Under the pieces are notes generated by a model. It did no database searches and was not told the origin of the DNA. It saw only the letters and a list, made by a program, of their open reading frames with translations. Below are positions 9,497 to 20,024 of a DNA stretch of 32,000 nucleotides, one piece after another. Position 1 is the stretch's first letter; the number at the start of each line of letters is the position of its first letter. A program made the translations under genes and the position numbers. This stretch comes from Candidatus Saccharimonadota bacterium. GTDB lineage: Bacteria; Pseudomonadota; Alphaproteobacteria; Rickettsiales; Anaplasmataceae. Location of the stretch: assembly GCF_013365495.1 (NCBI RefSeq), contig NZ_CP046580.1, positions 690,001 to 722,000 on the forward strand, written 5' to 3'.

Positions 9497-9522
9497 ATGA
9501 CACGCACTGCAGTGCGTGTCAT
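9497..9522 (+). terminator. GC-rich perfect palindrome downstream of tatA (probable terminator hairpin)
   Basis: ATGACACGCAC-TGCA-GTGCGTGTCAT: 11-bp perfect arms starting 16 nt after the tatA stop. It is the strongest hairpin I can see in the window. The following sequence TTCATAATTT is only a weak U-tract. Confidence 0.6.
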
Positions 9523-9618
9523 TTCATAATTTAAATTTAGCCAAAGCAAAATATAGATTGAAATGTACAAGCAATCATGCTAGCTTAAAACTAGTAGTTT
9601 TACTTATAAAGTATAGCC

Positions 9619-10299
9619 GTGCAAAAAAATAAAAAACTGACTGAAAACAAAAAATTAGCCTCCGATATTCTAAAAGAGATTATAAGTACCAATAATACTA
9701 ACAACAATAAAAAAATAACGTTGTTTGACATTAAAACAACTTTACATGAGCGTAGTTTTGGTATTTTAATAATGATATTTTCATTACCACTATCGCTACC
9801 TATACCAGTGCCACCTGGCTACACAACTATTCTTTCTATACCTCTAATCTTACTTTCACTACAGTTTTTATTTGGATTTAACTCTCCTTGGATGCCCTAT
9901 TGGCTAGAAAAAAAAGCTTTTAAACGCTCAACAATAATTCTAGTAGTAGACAAAATTTCCCCTATCTTAAAAAAAATAGAAAAGTTTATGAAACCAAGAA
10001 TACCTTTCATTTTTTATGGACCTGGTGAAAAAATTCTAGCTTTCATAACATTACTTTGCGCAATAATCATAGCTCTCCCACTACCTTTTACCCATTTCCT
10101 CCCTGCAATTGGCACAACTTTTATTTCGCTAGGTATTATAGGTAAAGATGGTCTTCTTTCTATATTAGGAATCTTAATATCATTATGCGCGTTATTATTT
10201 ACCATCATTATAATAACCAAAGGTTCACAATTTATAACAGGAGTACTTTCCCTTTTCAAAAGCTTTGTTACGTGGTTAAATTTTTATAAAATACCTTAA
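9619..10299 (+). CDS. ExoD-family membrane protein, paralogue 1
   Basis: 226 aa, GTG start. ...LHERSFGILIMIFSLPLSLPIPVPPGYTTILSIPLILLSLQFLFG..PWMPYWLEKK...ALPLPFTHFLPAIGTTFISLGIIGKDGLLSILG follows the Sinorhizobium ExoD (exopolysaccharide synthesis ExoD family) pattern. Confidence 0.85.
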   Translation: MQKNKKLTENKKLASDILKEIISTNNTNNNKKITLFDIKTTLHERSFGILIMIFSLPLSLPIPVPPGYTTILSIPLILLSLQFLFGFNSPWMPYWLEKKAFKRSTIILVVDKISPILKKIEKFMKPRIPFIFYGPGEKILAFITLLCAIIIALPLPFTHFLPAIGTTFISLGIIGKDGLLSILGILISLCALLFTIIIITKGSQFITGVLSLFKSFVTWLNFYKIP

Positions 10300-10392
10300 T
10301 ATAAAATAAATCTCTAATAAGGATGTAGAATGAATATTGAAATATAGTAATAATTATGCTAGCTAAAATAAATAATTTGTTCAAGGATAAAT

Positions 10393-11049
10393 GTGCAAAA
10401 AAGTGACAGAGCAACTAAAAATAAAAAATTAGTTTCTGATATTTTAAAAGAGGTTGCAGATATTAATACTGCTAACAGTGAAAAAGTAACATTATTTGAT
10501 ATTAAAATAGCCCTACAAGAACGTAGTTTCGGTATTTTAATAATTATCTTCTCCTTACCCCTATCAGTACCTATACCAGTGCCACCTGGCTATACAACTA
10601 TACTTTCTATACCTTTAATCCTACTTTCACTACAGCTCCTGTTTGGATTCCATTCTCCTTGGATGCCACATTGGCTGGAAAAAAAATCTTTCCAACTCTC
10701 AACATTAACTCTTGTAATAGAAAAAACATCACCTTTATTAAAAAAAATAGAAAAGTTCATGAAACCAAGAATACCTTTCATTTTTTATGGACCTGGTGAG
10801 AAAATCCTAGCTTTCATAATATTACTTTGTGCATTATCAATAGCTATTCCACTGCCTTTGACCAATTTTATTCCTGCAATCGGTACAACTCTCATTTCAC
10901 TTAGTATTATGAGCAAAGATGGACTTCTCTCTATATTAGGAGTCTTAGTATCTTTATGTGGTTTATTACTTACTCTCATCGTAATAATCAAAGGACCACA
11001 ACTCATAATAGGAGCATTTTCTTTTTTAAAAAGCTTCGTATATGGTTAG
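10393..11049 (+). CDS. ExoD-family membrane protein, paralogue 2
   Basis: 218 aa, GTG start, collinear with paralogue 1 (roughly three quarters identical by eye). Its 3' end overlaps the cysS start by 8 nt. Confidence 0.85.
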   Translation: MQKSDRATKNKKLVSDILKEVADINTANSEKVTLFDIKIALQERSFGILIIIFSLPLSVPIPVPPGYTTILSIPLILLSLQLLFGFHSPWMPHWLEKKSFQLSTLTLVIEKTSPLLKKIEKFMKPRIPFIFYGPGEKILAFIILLCALSIAIPLPLTNFIPAIGTTLISLSIMSKDGLLSILGVLVSLCGLLLTLIVIIKGPQLIIGAFSFLKSFVYG

Positions 11050-12415
11050 GCTTTATAATACTTTAACAAAAAAAAAGGAGCTCTTTACACCAATTGACAA
11101 AAGTCATGTAAAAATGTATGTTTGTGGACCAACTGTATATGATACAGCACACATAGGTAATGCACGCTCTGTTGTTATCTACGATGTGTTATTTCAGTTG
11201 CTCAAATCTCATTATGATAAAGTTACCTATGTACGCAATATAACTGATATTGATGACAAAATAATCAATATAGCAAACAAAAAAAATAGCAGTATAGAAA
11301 GTATAGCTACACATTACACTAAAGCTTTCCATGAAGATATGAAAAATCTAAATTGCATAGAACCAACATATGAGCCAAAAGCAACGGAAAACATAGACTA
11401 TATCATCAAATTAATTAAATATTTATTGCTATCTAATCATGCTTATGAATTTAATAAGCATATATATTTCAGCATTAAATCATATCCTGAGTATGGCATT
11501 TTATCGGGCAAAAAAATTAATGAACTGGATTATGGCAGCAGAATCGAAATTAATAAAAACAAGAAGCACCCAGGAGATTTTTTGCTATGGAAACCTGTAA
11601 ACGATATTGACTATAAACTTTCAAGTTACTGGAATAGCCCATGGGGAAAAGGAAGGCCTGGTTGGCATATAGAATGTTCAGCAATGTCATATGCATATCT
11701 TGGCAAAGATTTTGACATTCATGGTGGAGGCATAGACTTACAATTTCCTCATCATGAAAATGAAATTGCACAAAGTAAATCTGCATTTTCTGGATCAATG
11801 TTTGCAAAATATTGGATACATAATGGTTTCTTAACAGTAAAAGGAGAAAAAATGAGCAAGTCACTATTAAACATAGTTAAAATAAAAGACTTGCTTAATA
11901 GCGGAATAAAAGGTGAAGTAATACGTTACGCGTTGTTCAAAACTCATTATAGAAAACCACTCAATTGGACTGAGGATATTATTCATGAATCACAAGAAAC
12001 TTTAAACAAGTTCTATCGATTATTACGTAGTGTAAACATAACAAAAATTGAAAAAAGTGACACAGAAATTTATAAAGGTTTCATAGAAGCTCTAAAAAAT
12101 GACTTAAATATTCCTAAAGCTTTAGTTATATTGCATGAAATGGCCACAAAAATTAATAAAACAAGCAATAAATATAAAAAGCTCAAATTAATTGCAAGCT
12201 TTATTAAAAGTGCAAGATTTATTGGACTTCTTAAGTCGAGCTATCAAGAATGGTTCACTATAAGTGAAGACCATAAAAAAATAGAAAAATTAATAAATTT
12301 AAGAAAAATAGCAAAACAAAATAAAGATTATAACACTGCAGACAAAATAAGAGATCAACTTAAAAAAATGGGGGTTATAATCTCTGATAATGAAGATGGT
12401 ACAACAACCTGGTAA
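11042..12415 (+). CDS. cysS: cysteine--tRNA ligase
   Basis: 457 aa with class I signatures HIGNARS and KMSKS, plus the Zn-binding region WHIECSAM and FDIHGGGIDLQFPHHENE. Confidence 0.95.
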   Translation: MVRLYNTLTKKKELFTPIDKSHVKMYVCGPTVYDTAHIGNARSVVIYDVLFQLLKSHYDKVTYVRNITDIDDKIINIANKKNSSIESIATHYTKAFHEDMKNLNCIEPTYEPKATENIDYIIKLIKYLLLSNHAYEFNKHIYFSIKSYPEYGILSGKKINELDYGSRIEINKNKKHPGDFLLWKPVNDIDYKLSSYWNSPWGKGRPGWHIECSAMSYAYLGKDFDIHGGGIDLQFPHHENEIAQSKSAFSGSMFAKYWIHNGFLTVKGEKMSKSLLNIVKIKDLLNSGIKGEVIRYALFKTHYRKPLNWTEDIIHESQETLNKFYRLLRSVNITKIEKSDTEIYKGFIEALKNDLNIPKALVILHEMATKINKTSNKYKKLKLIASFIKSARFIGLLKSSYQEWFTISEDHKKIEKLINLRKIAKQNKDYNTADKIRDQLKKMGVIISDNEDGTTTW

Positions 12416-12421
12416 GTTTAT

Positions 12422-12841
12422 ATGGAAAATTATCTCCTATTATTTACAGATAATCTAACATCATCACTTATTTTGCCTATACACCAAGGCTTTGTATTCT
12501 ATACTATGTTGTATTTCAGATCGAATTACAACCTCCTATTTATGTTATTTTTTGGAGTATTAGGCTCAAGTATTGGTGGAATAATCAATTGGCATTTAGG
12601 TAGAACAATAATTCTTACTAGAAATATATACTATAAATCAAAAAATGAGCATATAATACCAAAAAAAATCATAAGAAATCTACTGATTTGTGCAGTTGCA
12701 TTGCTTTCATGGGTATCAGCACTTGGTAGTGTAATTCAGGTTTTATCAGGTTACTTTAAACTAAATCTTAGTGCCTTTACTTTATTAACTATTCTATCTA
12801 ATCTTTTCTACTTATTATATCTCACTATTACCGTTCAATAA
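12422..12841 (+). CDS. small membrane protein, YqaA/DedA-like
   Basis: 139 aa, 4 predicted TM segments. GVLGSSIGGIINWHLGR resembles the G..G..lGg..Ny.lGR motif of YqaA-type DedA-superfamily proteins. Starts 6 nt after cysS. Confidence 0.55.
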   Translation: MENYLLLFTDNLTSSLILPIHQGFVFYTMLYFRSNYNLLFMLFFGVLGSSIGGIINWHLGRTIILTRNIYYKSKNEHIIPKKIIRNLLICAVALLSWVSALGSVIQVLSGYFKLNLSAFTLLTILSNLFYLLYLTITVQ

Positions 12842-13690
12842 GTTGTTATTAACCTAACTGAAATGGTTAATTGGCTAACACATATTCCCCGCTTTTTTCT
12901 TTCTTATATCTTCAAAAGACTTCACAGTTTTACATAAAAAAGTTCAAACATTTATTTTTTACATCAAATAGAAATTTTTCTTTTAAAGATACTAAAAAAA
13001 AACTCTGAAATTAAAGCTTTCAAAATTTGAAAATAGCAAATTTAAAAGATTTTTTCTCACATTCTTAAAATTTTACTTATAAAAATAAAGCAAAACTTAT
13101 GAACATCTACTTACCTATTCAATAAGAATTAATCAATGCAAACATATAAAATAATATTTGTTTTACTTTCTATAAATGTCTACATGCTTATAAAAATTCA
13201 CCATAACTAATACAATTAGTCACCATAATAGAAGTCAAATTATAAGCATAGCTAATCTTCCTACAACCATAAATTAAAAATAATCATCTCCTTCCCCTTC
13301 TTTTTTCTTAGAAAAAAATATAACCTTTACTCTTAGCTCTTTAATACTTTAGCTGTAAAAAACAAAGCATTATCATCAACATAAAAATTATATATTTCTA
13401 TCTATAATTTCCTTCACTTACTCATTATCTAATAATATCCATTTAAATAAATGAACTAGCAATTACTTCTATTATATACTTAGACTTATATTCAAATTCA
13501 TCAGTTTATTATCATCTAAACCTTACACACTTATCTATCTATAAATTAGACAGCAAGATAATAACTCTTAATTTCAAAAATTGATTTTGTTAAAAAATAT
13601 TATCAATACAAGATCAACTTAGTTATTCTCTACTATCAGACACAAATAATAAAAAAAATAATTAAAATACAAGTAATTACTTTTAAAGCT

Positions 13691-14887
13691 TTAATTTGAC
13701 ACTAATTGCAACGCAGCAACTCCAGGCATCTCATCACCACTTAGCCAACTTAAAAATGCTCCACCACCAGTTGAAACATATGTAAAATCTTTATCAGTAA
13801 GACCAGCAGCACTTATTGCGGATAAACTATCCCCCCCTCCTATCACACTAATTAATTTCCCCTTGTGTGTCAAACTACTTATTATCCTTATTACCTCTAA
13901 TGTACCATTTGCAAAAGCTAAATGTTCAAAAACACCAATAGGTCCATTCCACAGCAAAGTTTTACTACTTGCTATTACACTATTTATTATGCTTAATGTT
14001 CGAGGCCCAATATCTAAAATTACATCATGATCTAAAACAGATTCAATTTCTCTAAGAATACTAATATTGTAATTAGAGTTTATTGCAACCAAAACATCCT
14101 CAGGCACAATTATTCTGCAATTATTCTCACTTGCTGCCTTAACAATATCATAGATAAGATGACTAATATTATCTTGAAAAAGAGATTTACCAATATTTAC
14201 TCCATTACACAACAAAAAATTATTAACAATTGCACCACCAAGAATTAAATAATTAACCCTTTTTACTAATCTCATAATCATTTTTATTTTGGTTAATATT
14301 TTAGCTCCCCCAACTATTACAGTAATAGGTCTAGTGTTAAATAATATAACTTGCTCAAGATATTTTAGCTCATCTCGTAAGCAAAACCCTGCATAAGAAG
14401 GCAAAAATTTTGTAATAGATGAAATAGAAGCATGAGCTCTGTGAGAACAAGAAAATGCATCATTTACATATATATCCGCCAAAGATGCTAACTGTTTAGC
14501 AAAATTCGAGTCATTTTGCTCCTCACCTTTATAAAATCTTAAATTTTCTAATAATATTAAATCTCCTCTATTCATCACACTTACCGCTCTCTGTACTCTC
14601 TGACCAATACAATCATCAATAAACTTCACTTCTTTTTTCAAAAACTGTGATAAAGTTTCAACTATATTTCTCAATGAGCAACTATTTTCTTTGGCCTTTG
14701 GATACCCAAAGTGTGATATAATGATAATTTTTGCACCTGCACTTATTAAGTACTGTATAGTAGGCAGGGCTCTCAAAATACGAGTCGTATCATAAATTTT
14801 CCCATTTTTTATGGGAACATTGAAATCAACTCTAAGTAAAACAACCTTATCTTGAAAATTACAATTCTCTATACTAAGTATATTCAT
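13691..14887 (-). CDS. pgk: phosphoglycerate kinase
   Basis: VLLRVDFNVP, SHFGYPK, ENLRFYKGEE, NDAFSCSHRAHAS, GGAK and STGGGAFL motifs. The ORF track extends to a GTG at 14908, but the ATG at 14885-14887 (MNILSIENCNF...) gives the usual N-terminus. Confidence 0.92.
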   Translation of the reverse strand: MNILSIENCNFQDKVVLLRVDFNVPIKNGKIYDTTRILRALPTIQYLISAGAKIIIISHFGYPKAKENSCSLRNIVETLSQFLKKEVKFIDDCIGQRVQRAVSVMNRGDLILLENLRFYKGEEQNDSNFAKQLASLADIYVNDAFSCSHRAHASISSITKFLPSYAGFCLRDELKYLEQVILFNTRPITVIVGGAKILTKIKMIMRLVKRVNYLILGGAIVNNFLLCNGVNIGKSLFQDNISHLIYDIVKAASENNCRIIVPEDVLVAINSNYNISILREIESVLDHDVILDIGPRTLSIINSVIASSKTLLWNGPIGVFEHLAFANGTLEVIRIISSLTHKGKLISVIGGGDSLSAISAAGLTDKDFTYVSTGGGAFLSWLSGDEMPGVAALQLVSN

Positions 14888-14924
14888 ATAAATAAAGCAC
14901 AAAGCCACTATACAACAGTTTAAC

Positions 14925-15944
14925 TTAAAGTAAATTACTTTTTCTTCTATAAATTCCTTTTAAAGTTGAATATTGAAAATTAATTGGAGAATTATGAATC
15001 ACCTTATATATGTCATAACAAGCCATAGCACTTTCAGCAAAACCACTTAATATCAACTTTAATTTCCCCAAATAAGTAGCTATATCTCCAATTGCATATA
15101 CCCTATCTCTATTAGTCCTAAATGTACTTTGATCAACAACAATACGACTATGTTCCAATTTTAAACCCCAATTATTTATTGGACCTAAATTCATTGACAG
15201 GCCAAAAAATGGCAGTAAAAAATCAGCATATATTCCCTTTTTTTCCTTAGAGGCAAGATTTTTTACTATTACTGTGTGTAACTTTCCATTATTTCCAGTT
15301 AACTCATGCAATTGATATGGAGTTACAAGTTCTATCTTTCCATAGCTTTTAAGTAATTCTAATTTATTTCTAGTTTCAGGTGCACAACGAAATTCTTTCC
15401 TTCGATGTATTACATAAATTTTCTTTGTAACTTTAGAAAGTTCTATGGTCCAATCAGCTGCAGAATTCCCTCCTCCTGCAATAACTATAGTTTTATTTTG
15501 AAAATCAGAAATTTTATTTACATTATAAAATACAGATTTACTTTCATATTCTAATATACCACTCAAATGCGGGCGATTAGGTTCAAACATCCCATTACCT
15601 GCAGCAATAACAACAGCTTTACATTTCACCTCTATACCTGCATTCGTTATTACAAAAAAATCCTGATCATCACCACTTAAGATTTTTTCCACTTTTTGAT
15701 TTAAGTGATAAACAGGATCAAAGGGTAAGGCTTGCTTTATCAATCGTTCTATTAATTTTCGTCCAGTAATTACAGGATAACCAGGTATATCATATATTAA
15801 TTTTTCTGGATAAAGAGCAGTACACTGACCTCCTACTTGATCTAAAATATCTATTATATGACATCGCATATTAAGCATTCCTGCTTGAAAAGCAGTAAAT
15901 ATTCCGATAGGTCCTGCACCTATTATTACTATATCAGTTTCCAT
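14925..15944 (-). CDS. ferredoxin--NADP(+) reductase, thioredoxin-reductase-like type (FAD/NAD(P)-binding oxidoreductase)
   Basis: 339 aa. It has IIGAGPIGIFTAFQAG (FAD GxGxxG), QVGGQCTALYPEKLIYDIPGYP and IAGGGNSAADW (NADPH site), but no CxxC redox-active motif of true TrxB. This matches the YumC/FNR type. Confidence 0.8.
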   Translation of the reverse strand: METDIVIIGAGPIGIFTAFQAGMLNMRCHIIDILDQVGGQCTALYPEKLIYDIPGYPVITGRKLIERLIKQALPFDPVYHLNQKVEKILSGDDQDFFVITNAGIEVKCKAVVIAAGNGMFEPNRPHLSGILEYESKSVFYNVNKISDFQNKTIVIAGGGNSAADWTIELSKVTKKIYVIHRRKEFRCAPETRNKLELLKSYGKIELVTPYQLHELTGNNGKLHTVIVKNLASKEKKGIYADFLLPFFGLSMNLGPINNWGLKLEHSRIVVDQSTFRTNRDRVYAIGDIATYLGKLKLILSGFAESAMACYDIYKVIHNSPINFQYSTLKGIYRRKSNLL

Positions 15945-17474
15945 TTATAATAGGAAATGTAATTTAAAATTATATAAGTTAACACTTTTTTTTCTCATAA
16001 CTTTATTAAATCCCTATCCTTAATCTTGAAAAACATAAACTAAAAAGCGAATTATACTCATTTTAATAATTAAAAAAATATTACAAATCTTCTAAAGACA
16101 ACCTAATAACTAAATCTATAATTAAGTAACAAATAAAAACATAAAACAGTTATTTATTTCATTAAAACAATCTAATTCATTAAACGACAAAATAAATCAC
16201 TAAAAAACATATATTATACAATAAAAACTTTAATCATAAACTAACAAAACTCTTCATTAACAAACATAAATAGATATAAGCTAATTTTATCAATATTTAC
16301 AATTGAATCTTTTTACAAAATTAGCAATAGCAAAATTCATTCATAACTAATTTCAATAAAATGATTTCTCTCATGAAAATAATTTGATGAGTATCAATTT
16401 CTTGTTAAAAGAAAAAGTAAAATTTGATGAAGTAAAATATGTTATTACTAATAGTATCAAAAAAATAGAATTAAAAACGAACACATAGCTTGATATGAAA
16501 AAAATAAGAAAAAAAACTTAAGTTTAATTCAATATTCAAAGTATTTTAAACAAATTAATAAAAATTAAAAAAAAGTATATAAATACATAAAATTATAATT
16601 ATAGTAACAATTCAGAAAATATTTCTAATAGAGATAGATAATTATATTACACTCAAAAAGAGCAAAATAGTAATGTGAATACTACTACTATAGTACTTCA
16701 TTATTCATAAAACAACATTAGATAAAATATCCTTTAAATTTCCAATCAGACAAATAAAAAAACAAATTTTTAACGACTATAAATTTAGTAACAATTATAA
16801 AAAAATAAAGCTTAAAATCCAGTTCAATAAAAATCACCCAAATACAAATAAATCATAATTTATAAAACTCATCAAGTTTACAATAAAACCTTAAGCTCCT
16901 TCTATAAGAATTACACATCAAAATAAAATATCCTCTAATTTAAAAGGTACAATTTAACTTCAAATATATGCAAGCTCTCAATATTTAAGATTTTATAACA
17001 ATACTATGAACAAAAATAATTTTTCCTTAAATTTTATTATTAAATTTACTTATTCTATATCATATTTTTCCTTATTAATTAGACACAACAACACTAAATC
17101 CAGCTCTTTAAAAGAGCTAATAGAATCTTTAAAAGAGAATAAAATTGCTTTTTATTACCACTAATACTCTAACCACTGATAGTCTCCCCATAAAACACTT
17201 TGAAATCAAAATTCATCTTCATTTATAAGCTCTTCCATTACTAATAAATTGAGTAAATGCAATACATCTTCTTACTACTACAACTATACATATATTTTTA
17301 CATATATATACTCTCTACTACTCTTCTTCAAAAAAAACACCATGTTTCTAATTAAAAATTAGAATATTATAACTTAGTATAAAAAAATAAACTTTCTTTT
17401 AAGATTATATTATAAAACAGCCAAGATTATTAAGTTCCAATACTTTTATGAATTTTTGTGATCATTTATGATTT

Positions 17475-18110
17475 TCACCCCCAGTCTTTTTTAAAGATTG
17501 CAAGTCCTTGATCAGTAAGTGAATGATTAAGTAACTGTCTAAATACTGTTGCTGGAACAGTAATTGAATCAGCACCAAGTTTTGCAGACTCTATAACATG
17601 AGCAGAATTTCTAACTGAAGCAACAAGAACCTTAGTATTAAAACTATAATTAGAATATATATTACATATATCTTTTATTAGCAATAAACCACTATGATTT
17701 ATATCATCAAGACGACCAACAAAAGGAGAAACAAAACAAGCACCGGCCTTAGCGGCAAGCAGTGCTTGTCCAGGAGAAAAACATAGCGTAATATTAACAG
17801 ATATTTTATATTCTGTCCACAACTTCTTACAAGAAATTAACCCTTCATACGTGAGAGGCAATTTTATTATAATATTACTAGAAATTTTTGCCAATCTAAC
17901 ACCTTCTTCAACCATATCTTCATAATTATCTGCAACAACTTCAACACTAACAGGTCCTTTGATAATAGAAGATATCTTACTTATTAAATCTTCATATTCA
18001 GCTTTATACCCAGATTTTGCTATCAAAGAAGGATTGGTTGTTACACCATCAATACAGTCTTTTAGTTCTTTAATTTCATTTAAATTAACACTATCAAGAA
18101 AAATTTCCAT
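17475..18110 (-). CDS. tal: transaldolase family protein (short Tal / fructose-6-phosphate aldolase type)
   Basis: MEIFLDSVNLNEIKEL...GVTTNPSL...IKLP...NITLCFS..QALLAAKAGA.FVSPFVGR. The ORF track starts at a TTG (18119); the ATG at 18108-18110 gives the canonical N-terminus. Confidence 0.88.
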   Translation of the reverse strand: MEIFLDSVNLNEIKELKDCIDGVTTNPSLIAKSGYKAEYEDLISKISSIIKGPVSVEVVADNYEDMVEEGVRLAKISSNIIIKLPLTYEGLISCKKLWTEYKISVNITLCFSPGQALLAAKAGACFVSPFVGRLDDINHSGLLLIKDICNIYSNYSFNTKVLVASVRNSAHVIESAKLGADSITVPATVFRQLLNHSLTDQGLAIFKKDWG

Positions 18111-18137
18111 AATATTCAAATATACAATAATAAAAAC

Positions 18138-18470
18138 CTATTGATTAAAATATCTTAATTGCATATTCACTCTTTTACTTTTTAAAAGCTCTTCATTATG
18201 AATGACATAATTAAAAACCCAAACTTGATTTGTCATAATGCTACAATTATTATTTACAACCTCTAATATACCATTATCAATTATAATCTTTTCTTTCTTG
18301 TGTTTACTTATTTTAACAATAATTATACCTGGTAATAAATAAATTAAATAAGGAGAATGACGAGCTAAAACCATAAATTCACCTTCAAACCCATTCATTG
18401 AAAGAGAAATTACCTTATCAAATAAAATTTGATTATCAGGAGAAAAAAATTGTACTTTAAAGGTATTCAT
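18138..18470 (-). CDS. atpC: F0F1 ATP synthase subunit epsilon
   Basis: 110 aa lying immediately downstream of atpD. The N-terminal beta-sandwich pattern (FKVQFFSPDNQILFDKVISLSMNGFEGEFMVLARHSPYL..L.PG) is typical. Confidence 0.85.
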   Translation of the reverse strand: MNTFKVQFFSPDNQILFDKVISLSMNGFEGEFMVLARHSPYLIYLLPGIIIVKISKHKKEKIIIDNGILEVVNNNCSIMTNQVWVFNYVIHNEELLKSKRVNMQLRYFNQ

Positions 18471-18503
18471 AATCTTTAATTTTTTTACTATATAATCTTA
18501 AAC

Positions 18504-19943
<1,440 letters not shown>

Positions 19944-20024
19944 CTATAATTTTATAATAAACCCCTCAATTCACAAAATAAATATTATATTCTTAACAAG
20001 AATCTTGCAACATTAAAATACTCA

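Larger units (their letters stand above)
9557..11049 (+). repeat. tandem duplication (about 775-bp unit) comprising the ExoD-family gene plus about 60 bp of its upstream region
   Basis: ATTGAAAT-N12-ATGCTAGCT is present at 9557-9585 and 10336-10364 (offset 779). The GTG starts are offset by 774, and an identical 41-nt run occurs at 9988-10028 and 10759-10799 (offset 771). Confidence 0.8.

Noticed and set aside
10014-11006. Pair of similar antisense ORFs (10014-10259 and 10785-11006, both ending ...MKARIFSPGP) that could look like a conserved antisense gene
   Set aside because: Their similarity is an automatic consequence of the ExoD tandem duplication on the opposite strand. The conserved part is simply the reverse complement of the PGEKILAFI block.
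13831-13837. C7 (G7 on the coding strand) tract in pgk as a possible phase-variation switch
   Set aside because: It simply encodes the conserved GGG of the pgk GGGDS region. It is a housekeeping gene, and there is no evidence of a contingency-locus context.
14888-14908. GTG-initiated 7-codon N-terminal extension of pgk (MALCFIY) given by the ORF track
   Set aside because: The ATG at 14885-14887 gives the canonical Pgk N-terminus. The extension is hydrophobic and has no counterpart in Pgk proteins.
17101-17140. Palindrome AGCTCTTT-A-AAAGAGCT and direct repeat TCTTTAAAAGAG (17105-17116 and 17126-17137) in the large spacer
   Set aside because: These are short, AT-rich and isolated. Such matches are plausible by chance in 1.5 kb of low-complexity DNA, and there is no adjacent gene to regulate.
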